This document shows, piece by piece, positions 1 to 14,745 of a stretch of DNA of 64,000 bases. The translations under genes were made by a program, and so were the position numbers. The DNA is taken from the NCBI GenBank assembly GCA_964016885.1, contig OZ024740.1, forward strand, positions 152,582,001-152,646,000. Reading direction: 5' to 3'. The notes under the pieces were generated by a model, which was not told where the DNA came from, did no database searches, and was given only the letters and a program-made list of their open reading frames with translations. Every line of letters begins with the position of its first letter. Within the stretch, counting starts at the first letter, position 1. Origin of the DNA: Eledone cirrhosa (lineage: Eukaryota).

Positions 1-407
1 ATGAAAATGCTGGTTGTAGTGCTATGATTGGTAGGGATGGTGGCTGTTTTCTTTTGTTTTGTTTTTTATTGCGGCCTCTGGTTTTAATATTCTACACGCA
101 GATGTCTTTACTTCGAGGTTACAAACTATGGCCTCAGACAATTCAAATAGGAGCATAAAAATAACTCATTCATGACACGAACGTATTCACACACATCACA
201 AACACAAACATACACACAGACATAAGCAAACACACACACACACAAACATCCATACATATAATATATTTCTGTATATAAATAATCACCCTCCCATGCACAT
301 AACATATAAATATATATATATATATGTATATTATACATACATACATACTGAGAAACGTTATCGATATATATTTTATGTGTATTAACTTATATATACATAC
401 ATATATA

Positions 408-661
408 TCACCTTGACCTTGACCGACCAGTCTGTCCGGCGCCAACCGGCGCCGCTGGTCACAGCACGTCGTGCTGTTTTAGCCATAAGATAACGTCATC
501 TCACTGGCTGGGCAGGTACTCATTTCTACAGGTGAGTAAACTGGAGCAACATGAAATAAAGTGTCTTGCTCAAGGAAACAACACATCACCCAGTCCGAGA
601 ATTGAACCCACAACCTTTCGATTGCAAGCCCAATGCTTTAACCACTAAGTCATGCGCCTTC
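408..661 (-). mobile_element. tRNA-derived SINE (CORE-like)
   Basis: Reverse strand reads ggcgcatgacttagtggttaaagc (A box) ... gggttcaattc (B box), then tccttgagcaagacacttta, which resembles the CORE-SINE central domain. Confidence 0.75.
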
Positions 662-663
662 AC

Positions 664-852
<189 letters not shown>

Positions 853-1287
853 TTAATTATACTATTTATGGTTATGTAAATACAAAAACCTTTTGCAGTT
901 ATATATATATTTTTATACAAACCCTAAATAGTGGTAGGCAGTAATGTATTACTACCTTATTATCAGTAAGTTAAGTAGCTCAATGTAAAAACATCAGATG
1001 ATTTAAAACACTATTAAAATCTCATACTCTACGACGCCTAACTTAGCATACCACATAGCTAGCAGCAATAAAAGTAAAATTAATTTTTACTTCCAACAAA
1101 CGAAATCACAACAGGAGGTAAACCTTCTAAATACCTCTGTAGCAAGCAACCATAGTAACGGCAGTAATAATAGAAATAACACTAGTATAAGAAATAACAC
1201 CGGGGTCGACAACCCGAATGTCCAAAATCCTATAGCTACCACCCAGGCTTCTGCACTGCATTATAACCAGCAGACTAACACACAGGA

Positions 1288-1722
1288 TAATTGTAACTGT
1301 AGAGCTAATAGAACCTGCCCTTTAGATAAAAAAATGCCTAACCAAGGATATCATATACTCATGCACCGTCACAACTGGCAACTGATCAGAAACCTATGTA
1401 GGCTCCACTTCTAACTGCTTCAAAATAAGATATAATTCGCACATCCACTCGTTCAAAAAGCACAGTCTAGCCAACTCCACCTCACTATCTAGCTACATAC
1501 ACTATCTAAAAACTAAAAATAAACCTTACACACTCAAATGGGAAGTGATAGGTAGCGCGACTTCTTACAAACCACCTAATAAATTTTGTAACCTCTGTAT
1601 ACTAGAGACCCACAATATTATCTTCTCTGACCGTAACCTACTTAACAAAAAATCTGAAGTGTTTGCAACTTGCCAGCACCGCTTCAGACATTCCTTCCAG
1701 AACTTTAAGCCCAATATATAGC
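1288..1722 (+). pseudogene. PLE GIY-YIG endonuclease remnant
   Basis: Hand translation with one frameshift and one stop: NCNCRANRTCPLD-KCLTKDIIYSCTV...ETYVGSTSNCFKIRYNSHIHSF...STSLSSYI...LKWEVI...KFCNLCILE...LLNKKSEVFATCQHR. The CxC/CPL/CL, CxLC and LNxxxE...CxH pattern is typical of Naiad-type PLEs. Confidence 0.85.
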
Positions 1723-3150
1723 AATGTCGGACTTGAACCAAACACCACCTCTAGCATCAAACACCAGGGGCACACCTTATACCACATACCCAACACTCAC
1801 TGATCTAATATAACACAAACCGCGACATCCCTCTAGAACCCTTCACAGGGGGAATACCCATTTGTACCTCTACTTTAGGTGTGACAACATCCACTCGCTT
1901 GAACTGCACTACACCACTTTATAGTTAATTTAAGCATTGAATTGATTGTCTTGTTGGTGCTGTGCGGAGGAAGTGTTATCGTTGGATAAATGAAAAACGA
2001 ATTAATCTAGTAACACTGATGAGCTGTATGACCGGTATGCTGAGTGCAGTGAATGAATGTATTGCAAGTGGCGTATGGTTTGTACATATATGTGTGATTT
2101 GATGGTCAGATTGGAGTCATGAGGACTGTGGATTGACCTCTGGTCGGCCCTGGTGATGATTATCTTTCGACATCCAATGTAGCAAGCGATGACCCAGAAC
2201 TTACCGGAGATCATTGTGTGTTGAAGTGATTCTGCAATCACCGTGCCTGGTCCTTTGAGTAGACTGCAACCACAGAGATCATTAATTTAGAATCCTCGCT
2301 CGTCGTGTATAATATTCATTTGTGGCACTCTACGTTGGGGGTTAATCACCATAATAAGAACACCTTCAACACAACTTAATAGACTACTCTATAGTTAAAA
2401 CACTTTAAATTTTAGAAATTTTTTAGAAATTGCGCATAACCATATAAGTAAGGGTCTATTTTGAGACACATTTTAATAGTTAGTAATAGAAACCACGGAG
2501 TTACCTCCCCTCATGCATTAACTCCCCTTAGCCACACACACTTCCGGGTAGTATTTCGATGTCGATTCTCGAAACGTAACATCCTCCTGTATTGAACTAA
2601 AGAACATCAGACTACGATTCTCTAACTGGATTGTCAAACGCCCAATGTCGAATCGTCGTGGATTATGTGAAGGGCATATAATCTGAAAAATACGCTCCCC
2701 AGACTATGAAAATGTCGAAGTGCATGAAGTCCATATCATCGCTTCGCTGCGCATTTCCAATATTTTTAATGCTTACACTATTTTTAATACTTATATTATT
2801 TCTCCACACACAGACTATAACAATCATATAAAGAATTCGTCACCAGATCAACCACCCTAACACTCTCGATTACCTGCTTAAGTGCTTCTACTACACGTAA
2901 CTCTCTGCCACACTATATAAACAGGACGCACGTGCTTGCCACACATATAACCTTTGCACCATATAACCGCTTAATATCATGTTGTATTTTAACCTGTATT
3001 TTGATTGTATCTTTTAATATGAATGTAATCTCTAAGTGTGTACTGCCACTCTAAATGCTGTAATGAATGTTGACCCACAATATTTGCATGTGTATCTGTA
3101 TGTCTCTTGGGTGAAAAGGAGGTCATATAAGTGTTCATTCAATAATAAAT

Positions 3151-3197
3151 TGCTCCGAAGAATCCAAACCTCGGTTTGGAGGAAACAGTTGTAAGCA
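3151..3197 (+). ncRNA. type I hammerhead ribozyme motif (core variant CCGAAGA)
   Basis: tgct-CCGAAGA-a tccaaacc tc ggtttgga g-GAAA-cagttg-TA-agca; stem I tgct/agca, 8-bp stem II. Confidence 0.75.
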
Positions 3198-3234
3198 TAA
3201 AAATGTTTTGAACAGTTCTTTGATTCTTATAATT

Positions 3235-4210
<976 letters not shown>

Positions 4211-4236
4211 TGTTGGTATACAACCAACATATACTC

Positions 4237-4459
<223 letters not shown>

Positions 4460-4959
4460 CTTAAGAGAGAATAATAAAACATTTAAATAAACTAAAGGAT
4501 ACAAGGGGAGAGAGAGAAAATTATAAGAGAGAGTATGGCGCAGGGGGGAAATATTGTTTTCTCAAACTTAAAACAAACTGACAAGAGGCGATATGTGAGA
4601 TATTCTTTTTTAGTTATATTTTTAACAACAAATGTCTTAATTTAAATTTTAAACAGTTCTGAGTTTGTTTAACATCTAAGATATTAATACTTCTTGTTGA
4701 AAATGTTCAATTAGGAAGCTAAAAAATAAAAGAAAAATTAATAAATAAAAAAATAATATATTGGTATCTAATTTAGGCACACGGCTAACAGTTTGATTTT
4801 TTTTTTTTTTTCAAATAAAGAGGTAGTAAGTCGATAAAATTGACAGTAATACTTGGCTAGTTCTTTATTGTATCGGAGTCGGTGTGACAGAAGACAAAGA
4901 TGATGTCGAGTGGCATTTAAAATGGAAACGTATAAAGCTTGATTCTGATTCCCTTTTGA

Positions 4960-6710
4960 AGACAATCTTAACACTGTCAAACTATCATACACTTTGTATA
5001 TAGGCCACATCTACTTTGGTCAAAGATCTGTGATAATGAGGTACAGCATAATAAGAAAACTGAATGACTGAAATAATTGAGGGACAATGAAACAAATATG
5101 AAGAAAAATTGATATTGGAAAAACTTTCCCAATTGGAAAGCTCCTCGATCTGATTGGTCCAGAGGTTTTGGTTTAAGAAGTTGATATCTATACATGAGTT
5201 ACTTGCAGCTCAAATGAATGATATGTTTGTTAAGTAAGTATGCAGATATACCCATATGGATGACAACGGTTAGGACTGTTCTCTGTCACAAGGACCCTAC
5301 TAAAAGCATTGTAGAAGTTCATTTTAGACCCACATCTTACTTGCCACTAATGTGGAAACGTATGACCGGAATCATCTCAGAGATCATTAAAAAAGAATAT
5401 TTCCGGTGAGTGAGACTTGTGATGTCTAAATTGAATCGAAGGAATAAGATCAAAGCAATTCATACATGGATTATATTTTTCATACGCTATGTTATTAAAT
5501 GGAGGAAAGATGAATTGGAAAGTATTAGTAGGAAACCTAAGAAATTGATGACAGTGAAAACAAGAAAGATGTTGAATATATATCGAGGCTTGCACTCCCA
5601 GACTGATGTTGATCGACTTTAAGTTAGAAGAGCAGTAGGCTGGAAACGACTGATCAGCAGCGAGGAGAGAGTTTCAGTTGAAAAAATATACTTGAGTGAG
5701 TTACTAGGAAAAAGATCAAAAAGAGTTGTTAAAGGGGCTCTTAAAGGGAAGGGTCTATGATGGAAAGAGTGATTAAAATCAACAAACGAAGACTGAAATA
5801 GCCACAGAACGGAAGGCCAATTTTGAAGCTAAAAACCATTGTCCTCAGTCTATGAAATGAATACAAGAGATGTCAGAAACGATAAAGATATGTGGACATG
5901 GTACGAATAGGATATCTGAAGAAGGAAACAGAGGATTTTATTATGGCTGCCCAACACCAGGCGATAAGGACAAATTGGATAAAAATCAATGTGGATTAGG
6001 TGGTTACATCACTATTTGTTGAACGTGTGGGAAGGTGAATGAGACAATTAGCCACATTGTCTCAGAATGCTCACAACTGGTTCAGAATGAATATTTTAAA
6101 AAATGGAAACATAATATAATGGCAGTAGTAATACATTGACGATTATGTAAAGAGTTTGGTGTCAATTGTAGTGGAAAAGGTTATGACCACTTGGTGACAA
6201 AAAGGAAGAAAATGTTGTAAAATGATAAAGTCAAAATACTATGGGATATTACAATACAAACGGAAACAAAGATCGATCACAGTAAACCAGATATCGTGTT
6301 GATAATCAAGAAAGTAATGAAGAGATTTATTGTGCTTGCTCTTTTAACACGAGAATTAACGATAAAGAAAAAGAGAAAAACACTACTACAATGACCTCAA
6401 ATAGGAAATTTTGAAAGTAAGGAAGACTGAAGAAAATAGGAATTACTTGTACCAATAATTATAGGAGCACTAGGGTGTATAACAAATAATCTTGCCAAAA
6501 GTTTGCAACAAATTGGATTTGATCTTAGTATTGAGCACGTAAAAACAGCACGCCTACTTGACACTACCAGAATGTTCACAAAAGTGATGGAAACCACCTA
6601 GAAGAGCGGAAAAGAATTCTTATTATCTTAAGCTTCAAAACAGAGCCTGGTGATAAGATGAACAATATCAGTAGTTAACATCAACAATGTGAACATTTTT
6701 CATAATAACA
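4960..6710 (+). mobile_element. R4/Dong-like non-LTR retrotransposon remnant (RT plus restriction-like endonuclease), internally deleted
   Basis: Fragments PNWKAP, FWFKKL, IPIWMTTVRTVLCHKD...FRP...LMWK..TGIIS, SKLNRRNKIKAI, C..CGKVNETISHIVSECSQL (zinc knuckle), KILWDITIQT...HSKPDIV (RLE PD motif) and VPIIIGALG. The RT catalytic core is missing; many stops. Confidence 0.82.
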
Positions 6711-7068
6711 ATGTCTATTCTCTTTATTTGTAACCAAGACCCATTCATATATCCAATAGAAAACAAACAGACATAATGTTTATAGACATATCGAAATGGC
6801 GTAATGATTATACAAAATTGTGGGGAGGGTCTGAGATGTTTTACAACATATATGAATTAAATAGATAATTATATAAAAACACAATTTAAAAATCTAATAA
6901 ACATGGAAAAATATCTAAAGTAACCCAACTCCACATGGATGTGAACCTACAAGCTAATCGGGTCAGAAAACCCGAGTACTCAGGTCACCAGGAAGCAGTT
7001 GGGGTTGGTGAGCATTCAGGAGCATCTGTACAACGAACAAGGGTCTTTTAGAAGTTTCTTCACTATTA

Positions 7069-7200
7069 GCGAGTCGTTAAAACTTTGGATAGAATGCTTC
7101 ATGGTGTTCGTTTCAGCTCTCTGCACTCCGAATTCAATTTCTGCCAATGTTAAGTTCACTTTTCTCTCTTTCGAGGTCGATAAATAAAGTAACAGTTCAA
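7069..7200 (+). mobile_element. degenerate SINE (family of 37265-37446)
   Basis: Contains ctttcgaggtcgataaataaagtaacag, similar to the SINE core at 37370-37400. Confidence 0.55.
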
Positions 7201-8663
7201 TTATGAAATCGATTCTTTTTTTATACCACTTTGTCGCTTCCTTTCTCTTGTTCTTTTTCTATGGTGTGTTCAGACCTGAAGAGGAATAGAATCTGCCAGG
7301 TATAAATGCCCCAAATCACTATGAAACCCCTACGACACAATCAGGAGATAAATACCCATGATTAGATACTGATAGCGCTTTCTTCGACCTATAACTGCTT
7401 CAGGTATTCACCCCCACACCCCAAGTACGCCATCAACATATTTATTGGTCAATAAATCTTTAAATCAAGCAGTAAGTTAAGCAGGTGCGTGTATGCATGT
7501 GCGTGTATGTATCTGCGTATGTATGTTTTGTTGGGGAGGGGGGGGGGGTGCGAGAGAATCCTAGTCTTCATTAAGGCATCTCTCTAGGAGAAGGTCCTCT
7601 GATATTAAACCTGTTACTTCGTTTGCATCCAATGATGTAGACCAGATCTTATTTTGGGGCAAATGCATTTGATGTTCAGAGAGTGGGATAGGCCCGTGCA
7701 AAGCCTTCTCTCACTTAAAAAAAGGTTCAAGCACAGACATCGCTTGATATGTGACATTTTTTGCGATGCTGCTAGCCATATGCAATCCCTAGCAGGACTA
7801 AAAAGCCAAGTCCGTGCTTAAGTATCAAGCGATGGCATTACTCGAAATCGAGTAGCACCCATCATCATATGTGTATAGGTATGTCTATGTGTTTGTCTGT
7901 CTCTGCGTGTGTGTACCTCTCACTATTTCTAGCTCGATGTCTGTTCCTCTTTCATGGTTGTTGGGTGTCTTTAACAGTCCACATTATTGATCTGCAGATG
8001 TTCATGCTAGCAATCTCCAACATCACTCCTATCTGTCTGAGAGGATCTTTACAAGTCATGGACACCCCCTTTCCTTCCATGACTAACACCTAACTTTGAT
8101 ATCCTTGGTATATTTACGTCTATTGTCGATAACTAGCATACTCTCTCTCTCTAAAGCTCATCAGAGATTTTGAGGAATCCAATTAACACATTTTCTTATT
8201 GACAATGTTTTATTTGGGAAGTCCTTTTTGGAGTTTAATTTGGGTTTATTTTGGAGATTACTTTCTTATTGTACACTAAATCATTATTTCATAACGGTTG
8301 CTTTCCCATCCAAAGCATCTCTCATAATTATATTTAACTTCACTGTCCAAGGCAGTCGAGATTATTGATGAAAAAGAAAGAACTATATATTTCCCCCTTT
8401 AAAACATTCCATTGAATAAAGTAATTAAACTGCTTATTTTTCTAATGAAGAAAAAATAACAATTTGATCTCATCATTCGACAGTGTTAGTTAGCACCCTG
8501 AAGCAATGGATCTAGTTCTGATCTTCTTGTAATTAATTACATGGTCGCTTATTGTTATTGTCTCCACTTAAAAAAAAAATGAATAACCAAGTATATCCCA
8601 CTCACCTCTTCTGTCGTCTGTCGTTCTCTCTCCCCCTCTCTCTCTCAGTCTCTTTCTTTCTCA

Positions 8664-8702
<39 letters not shown>

Positions 8703-8789
8703 ACGACAAGTAATTCTAAGCGATGACGCTTTTGTTTAGTTCAAGTATTTCCCTACCCAAAATAAAACATTCATCTAGGTATCTATTCC

Positions 8790-8925
8790 AGTTTTCTTTT
8801 AACGAACTGAAGACTTTTAAAACCCTCATCATTACTATGAACCCTGACATCCAATTGACTATGGACGTCAGTAACGAAGAACTCCCCTATTTAGATATAC
8901 TAATAACCAAAAGAAACACATTAGA
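8790..8925 (+). pseudogene. PLE reverse transcriptase fragment
   Basis: ELKTFKTLIITMNPDIQLTMDVSNEELPYLDILITK resembles the PLE RT segment IxFTxE....LPFLD. Confidence 0.7.
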
Positions 8926-9031
8926 TCCAAAGAAAACTATTGAGAGAACCAAAGTCAGTACTCGATGAAGAGCAGAGTGTATACAATAAGAACAAAGAGG
9001 AGGTGTTACATGGGAGATTTATTGCTCAATC

Positions 9032-9107
9032 CTGGTTACAAATGTTTCTCGTGATCTGGGTTTGGCATCCCAGACCAGACTCCAAGTCTACCTGATCCTC
9101 AGACCAG
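9032..9107 (-). ncRNA. type I hammerhead ribozyme with branched stem II
   Basis: Minus strand: ctggt-CTGAGGA-tc[aggt agact tgg agtct ggtctggg atgccaaa cccagatc ac]ga-GAAA-catttg-TA-accag. Confidence 0.75.
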
Positions 9108-9332
9108 TGTTAATACTACAAAAACCACATCAAATCTGTGGACGAACCACCAAAGACACAAACAACCATATAGATTGACCAATCACGGGCCTAGAATTCA
9201 ACGGATGCACTTATCCCGAGCATTACATGAGAAAACCGTTATAAACAAAAACAACCCTCACACACACACTCTCACACGTAAAAATTGTATATCTACATGC
9301 ATATACATACACACATCCTCACACGCAAACAT

Positions 9333-9588
<256 letters not shown>

Positions 9589-10450
9589 TACAAATACATA
9601 CATATACTTATATACATATCATAAAAATACACTCACAAAAATGCTAGAAAAAGGCTGTTGGTGCTCTGGGACGAGTAATGGGACTACCGTGGCAGGACAG
9701 GGTCGGTAGCTCACTAAGGAAGACAGCAGCCCCTCGCAGTGCGCCCACCTGTGATATGGGCGAACTGATTGGTCCTTCGATGCATACAATTACTCAGAAT
9801 CTCGAACCTAGAGATGATCGCCCGCGTAGCTTGAATCTCCACACTCTCACAGATACAGAGCCGACAAGAGGTGTTAAAGCGAATTCGCGTAATTCAAGTT
9901 CGCATAAAAGGCGAACAGACTGTATGTTTAGTGATTTAATTAGTTATCGCCGGAAATTATAATATATTTAATTTAATTATAAAAATTTGCATAACACTGT
10001 AGTCCTTCAATGCCCAATAAGGTATATTTCTGCGGTGTGCGTTCTATCTGTTTGCTTAGTTGTCCTTGCTGGTTGCACTGATCATGTTTATATCCTACCT
10101 TTCATTTTCAGTAGGGTAAAAAAAAATATTTTGACTAGAAGAGACTTAAAAACAGCTTCCATTTCAAAATTACTGCCTCACACAGATTTTACAACACAAC
10201 CAAAATTTGCTATTAAGGTGTTTACTAAGATATTTTTTTGAGTTTCGAGAAAACAAATGACACTTTTTTTTCATGGTACACTCACTCCGTTTGGGTTTTC
10301 AGGGGTTGGCAGGTCTGAAATCGTTCCTACATAGTGTGTCAATAATTTGCCAGCTCATCTTCGGATTCTAAAGTTTCTACTTTAATATGTTATACTTTTA
10401 AGAAATGGTGTATTTATATATAAAAGAAAAAACGTGTGTGTGTGTACATA

Positions 10451-10647
10451 CGAGGGTCGGCTGAAAAGTTCATATGCTGACCAAGCTACTCTCAAGGAAT
10501 GACCAAATGAGGTTTATTTCTCTACATAATCCTGGAAAGAAACAATGCAGTTATTAAAAAGAAAAGTTGAAATTAATGCATACAAGATTTCACATTTCTA
10601 CCGTCACTCCTTCATAGCCAGTCTATGAACTTTTCAGACAACCCTCT
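10451..10647. mobile_element. Tc1/mariner-type MITE
   Basis: Imperfect TIRs cgagggtcggctgaaaagttcata / tatgaacttttcagacaaccctct flanked by TA dinucleotides. Confidence 0.75.
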
Positions 10648-10649
10648 TA

Positions 10650-10662
10650 TATATATATGCGC

Positions 10663-10758
<96 letters not shown>

Positions 10759-10768
10759 GTGTGTGTGC
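10650..10768. repeat. (TA)/(TG)n microsatellite
   Basis: Direct reading. Confidence 0.95.
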
Positions 10769-12259
10769 TTGCGTACCTGTGAATTTCAAGTATCTTATCT
10801 AGAAGTGTGGAATTCGAAACCGGGGTCATGGACTCGGTTCACCCCTAACTCACCTCTCATTACTCTATGGCATTCATCTCTCCAATTGCTGCTGCGGTGA
10901 AATTGTCATTAATAACAGTTGTAAATATTTCATAAATTCATTTACCCGTTCATTCATTCATAAATCTTCCTCACCTTTTTTTACGTCCATTTTTTTTTCT
11001 TTCTTTGTCACATCTTATGTTAATAATGTTATCAAGTGGAGTGGAGTTTCTAATTTAATACTAAGAAACGCAATACTTTTACTAGCAACGGTTTCCGCTT
11101 CATAACCGGATATGCATTTTCATTTATTTATTTATTCATTTATTTAGTCATAATTTGCTTTACAAATGATTTATTCCAAGAGAGTTTCATATATATTCTG
11201 CCTGATTTCATTTTTTTTAAATAGAAAGAAAACAGCAAAACATCTCGCATGTTGTTGTTACTTAGAGCGTCGTTATTTGTTTCCGAATTTTATGTTCCCA
11301 GATCAAATTCCTCCGAAGTCAATTTTACTTTTCATTACTCTGGCGAGGTGACACTATAAACTACTAATCAAATATTAGGTTTTATTTAATTGACTCTGCA
11401 TCCCAAAAGTTGTTGGCCTTGTGCCTAAATTGTTGTTGTTGTTGCTACTTAGAGAAACGCACAGGACAAAACACCATATTTTATTTGTTGTTTCTTTGCT
11501 TCCTGGGTTCAGATCCTGTCAGAAGAAATGTTTTCCAATATTTAGTTATGTCCCTTTAACTTTCCGTTTCAAATTCCATCGAAGTTGCATTTATTTCATC
11601 TGTCTATGACTGATAAAAAAAATTTGCCAATAAAGTACTATGTTCAACTTAAAGCTATCTCCTCCTTCAAATATATAATTGTGAATATGTTAGAAATCAT
11701 TATTTTTATGATAATATATTTGATTGGCTGCGGTGGTTTTCGAAGCAATGTATCCTTTCAGAATACGGACTCTAAGTGGAATGTAATCATTCTTCTTCTG
11801 GATAACTACATCGTTTGTGCATTTCAATCGACTCCCATCACGGTGTGTAGGAATACTCTTTTGGAAAGACCTATAACTAAAAGGTCTGTGCAGCAGATAA
11901 GAGTGTTACCTGTGAGTATCTATCAAGGTGACATCCTAAAGTCGATTATTCGTTATTACCTGATATGCGTAGAACAGCAGAGGACCTTTCTGGATCTGTA
12001 AACATTACTGAAGTAAATTTACTCACGCTGAGATTATGTGGGAACAGTTGATAGAATATATAAAAATTCATGAAAGCTGTTGTATTTACTCAAACAATTC
12101 TTATTTTCTGCTAGATGTGAAATGATTTCCTCGAATATGATCACGTGAACCATTAGAAATCGGAGCAAATAAACTTGATAATACACAAACTTTTCATTAG
12201 ATTAGAACAAGCGTATGTTCCTAGAGATTCAAATAGTTGGCTATACAAACCTACACTTC

Positions 12260-12338
12260 GAGATAGATAGATAGATAGAGAGAGAGAGAGGGAGATAGAG
12301 AGAGATAGAGAGATGGAGAGATAGATAGATAGATAGAG

Positions 12339-12392
<54 letters not shown>

Positions 12393-12433
12393 TAGCTAGG
12401 TAGGTAGATATATAGAGATAGATTGATAGAGAA

Positions 12434-12480
<47 letters not shown>

Positions 12481-12520
12481 GAGAGAGAGAGGAGCAAAAG
12501 TGGAAATAGAGAGAGAGAAA
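12260..12520. repeat. (GATA)n/(GA)n microsatellite
   Basis: Direct reading. Confidence 0.95.
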
Positions 12521-12989
12521 GTGAGGGGAACATAGACATGCATTTATATAGACAGAATCATCCAAATCCAAATAAATACACATACAGGAATACATGTACA
12601 CATGTAGGGGAGTGAAAGAAAGAAAGAAAGAGAGAAAGAAAGAAGGAAAGAGAGAGAGAAACACGGAAAACTGAAAATGGAAGAGGACAGAGAGGAAGAT
12701 AGCCAAAGCCATGTGGAGTATTTTGTAATTGTCAAAAATATGTCAGGAATTAATCTATTGATTTCTGTAATATAGAAATGGTAAAGCTAAGATTCATGGT
12801 GTGCTGTATTCTTTGCTTGTATCTGTGTTGCCTTAGTTACAGAACTGCGGATTTAATTCCAAGAGATTAAAACACTGACCAAGTATGTAATATAAATGAT
12901 AGAAAGAATCTGGAATTGTGAAATTCACTAAAGAACAAAAGAACAAAACCTTTTTCTAAAATGTATATAGATATGTACATATATTATAT

Positions 12990-13477
12990 ATAGAGTTATA
13001 AACTCAAATAATCTTTTACAATTAATTAGCTCAAAGAAAGGAGTATTTCTGAGCAGTGTAATACAAATGAATATATGATAGGGATAAACACTGATACAAG
13101 TATACATGTGTTCGCATTGCAAATGACCAAGTTAGCTAGATTGAAAAATACTAATTATAATAATACAGTTTGCCTGTCTCGATTTAAAATAATAAATCAA
13201 TAAAAACAAACCTATATTGGCAAAAGCCGTGATACCTGGACAAATTTAAATTTCAAACTTCAAATTTGTTTCGCAACGATTAAGTGAAAGTTCCTATTTC
13301 TGTGCTCTTCTGCAGGTATCCAGAAATATAGTTTTGTTTTTATTGATTTATTATTTTAAATCGAGACAGGCAAACTGTATTATTATAATTAGTATTTTTC
13401 AATCTAGCTAACTTGGTCATTTGCAATACGAAAAGATGTATACTCGTATCAGTGTTTATCCCTATCATATATTCATT

Positions 13478-13482
<5 letters not shown>
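12990..13482 (-). mobile_element. pLTR-like fold-back unit containing an HHR
   Basis: About 13060-13210 and 13333-13482 are inverted copies with the HHR between them; homologous to 27175-27560. Confidence 0.7.
13231..13320 (-). ncRNA. type I hammerhead ribozyme (core mutated, CAGAAGA)
   Basis: gatacctg-CAGAAGA-gca...tgc-GAAA-caaatttgaa gtttgaaa tttaaatttg-TC-caggtatc; 8-bp stem I, long stem III. Confidence 0.78.
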
Positions 13483-13556
<74 letters not shown>

Positions 13557-13823
13557 GTATATGTATATATGTATATATGTATATATGTATATATGTATAT
13601 ATATATATATAAGAAACGAGAAACGAGTCTGTCTTTGAAAGCATCCGAAACTATAATGATCCCAAAAAAACAGCCGATGAGCGGGAATATTCCACATGCT
13701 TGTCTCTTTCGATTTTTATGTTTCCTCTATATGTTCCACGTGTTTTTTTTATTATATATAAATGTGTGTGTGTGTGTGTGTGTGTAAAGATAGATAGATA
13801 AGTAGATATATAGATAGATAGAT

Positions 13824-14745
13824 ATGTTTCTTTATTAGCCACAGGGGCACAAAAGAAGGGGACAAATACAAAGGGGGAAGTTTACATACAATAAAAACGT
13901 GTAAAATGTTATCACAAATGCAATTTAAAAAATTAGTCGATTTTCCCCAATAGGGGGAGACAGTTCATATGGGTAACACATACCCCGGAAAAAATGTACA
14001 ACCCTCATATCCAGGAGTACGAAGAGATTGTACTCCTTTCCTCTCCTCCTCCTTTTCCTCAATCTACAGGCTGATATAGAGAGAAGGCCCATTCACTCGG
14101 GCCATTCTCGCCACTTTCACCCACCATTCATAAAATTTGCTGGGGTACAGCACCTCTCTCTCCATCCTGATTCTTCTTCCAAAGTGGTATTTGAAAAACA
14201 GAATCAGTTGTTGGCCAGAGAGAAAGGTGTCTGACCTCAGCCCTTTTAACCTCGTCCACCATACAACCTCTTTCGCCATAGCTATCACGCAAAGGAAAAC
14301 CGCCTCTCCTTCGTTTTTGAAGGAGCGTGGCGGTTTGATCATGACAATGGACTCGGTGGTCAACCGGATTGGTCCCACCCGCGACAATAGTCGTTCTACA
14401 TAACCCCACAGGTCAGTGACGCCCGGGAAGTGTATGAATGCGGGCGCGACGGTTTCTTCGTTACGCACGCACCTCGGACAGATCTTTTTTGCAGGGTTCC
14501 TGCTCGGCGCCCATGTCTGTAGAGTTTGTCTCGAACTGGTAGAGCTCCTCGCTAGCACTGCCAGGCCAGGGACTTTTGGAAGTTGTCCATCGGCTCCGGG
14601 CGGAAGGTCCTACCGAACAGACTGGCCAGTTCATCTTCCTCTACGCCTAGAGTTTCACAGAGCGCGTCGTCGCACTTGCTGCGGATCAACCCTCTATAGA
14701 ATAACGAAGTGGAGTCTCCACTGATCGCCGGGTCCGCCTGCCAAG
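13824..14745 (-). mobile_element. Tx1-like LINE copy A (3' about 0.9 kb)
   Basis: ORF2 C-terminus (FQKSLAWQC, CPRC...ET...FIHF zinc-binding region, VVWWTR), 3' UTR with AATAAA, followed on the element strand by (TATC)n. Confidence 0.88.

Larger units (their letters stand above)
960..3236 (+). mobile_element. 5'-truncated Penelope-like element (Naiad-like) with long 3' region and terminal HHR
   Basis: GIY-YIG remnant at about 1288-1722, long A/C-rich 3' region, HHR at 3151-3197, flanked by (TA)n on both sides. Boundaries approximate. Confidence 0.7.

Noticed and set aside
7265-7410. CTGAAGA...GAAA hammerhead-like core
   Set aside because: I could not close stems I and III by hand; at best a decayed copy.
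9690-10318. Possible hAT-like DNA transposon (right end ggttggcaggtctg)
   Set aside because: No matching left TIR or 8-bp TSD found.
11585-12030. 138-aa ORF and a possible 36-nt minus-strand exon (about 11960-11995) with AG/GT ends
   Set aside because: No recognisable domain and no partner exons; not supportable without transcript data.
12778-12890. Short hydrophobic, Cys-rich peptide MVKLRFMVCCILCLYLCC near splice-like signals
   Set aside because: About 30 codons with stops in all frames before the putative donor; could be chance.
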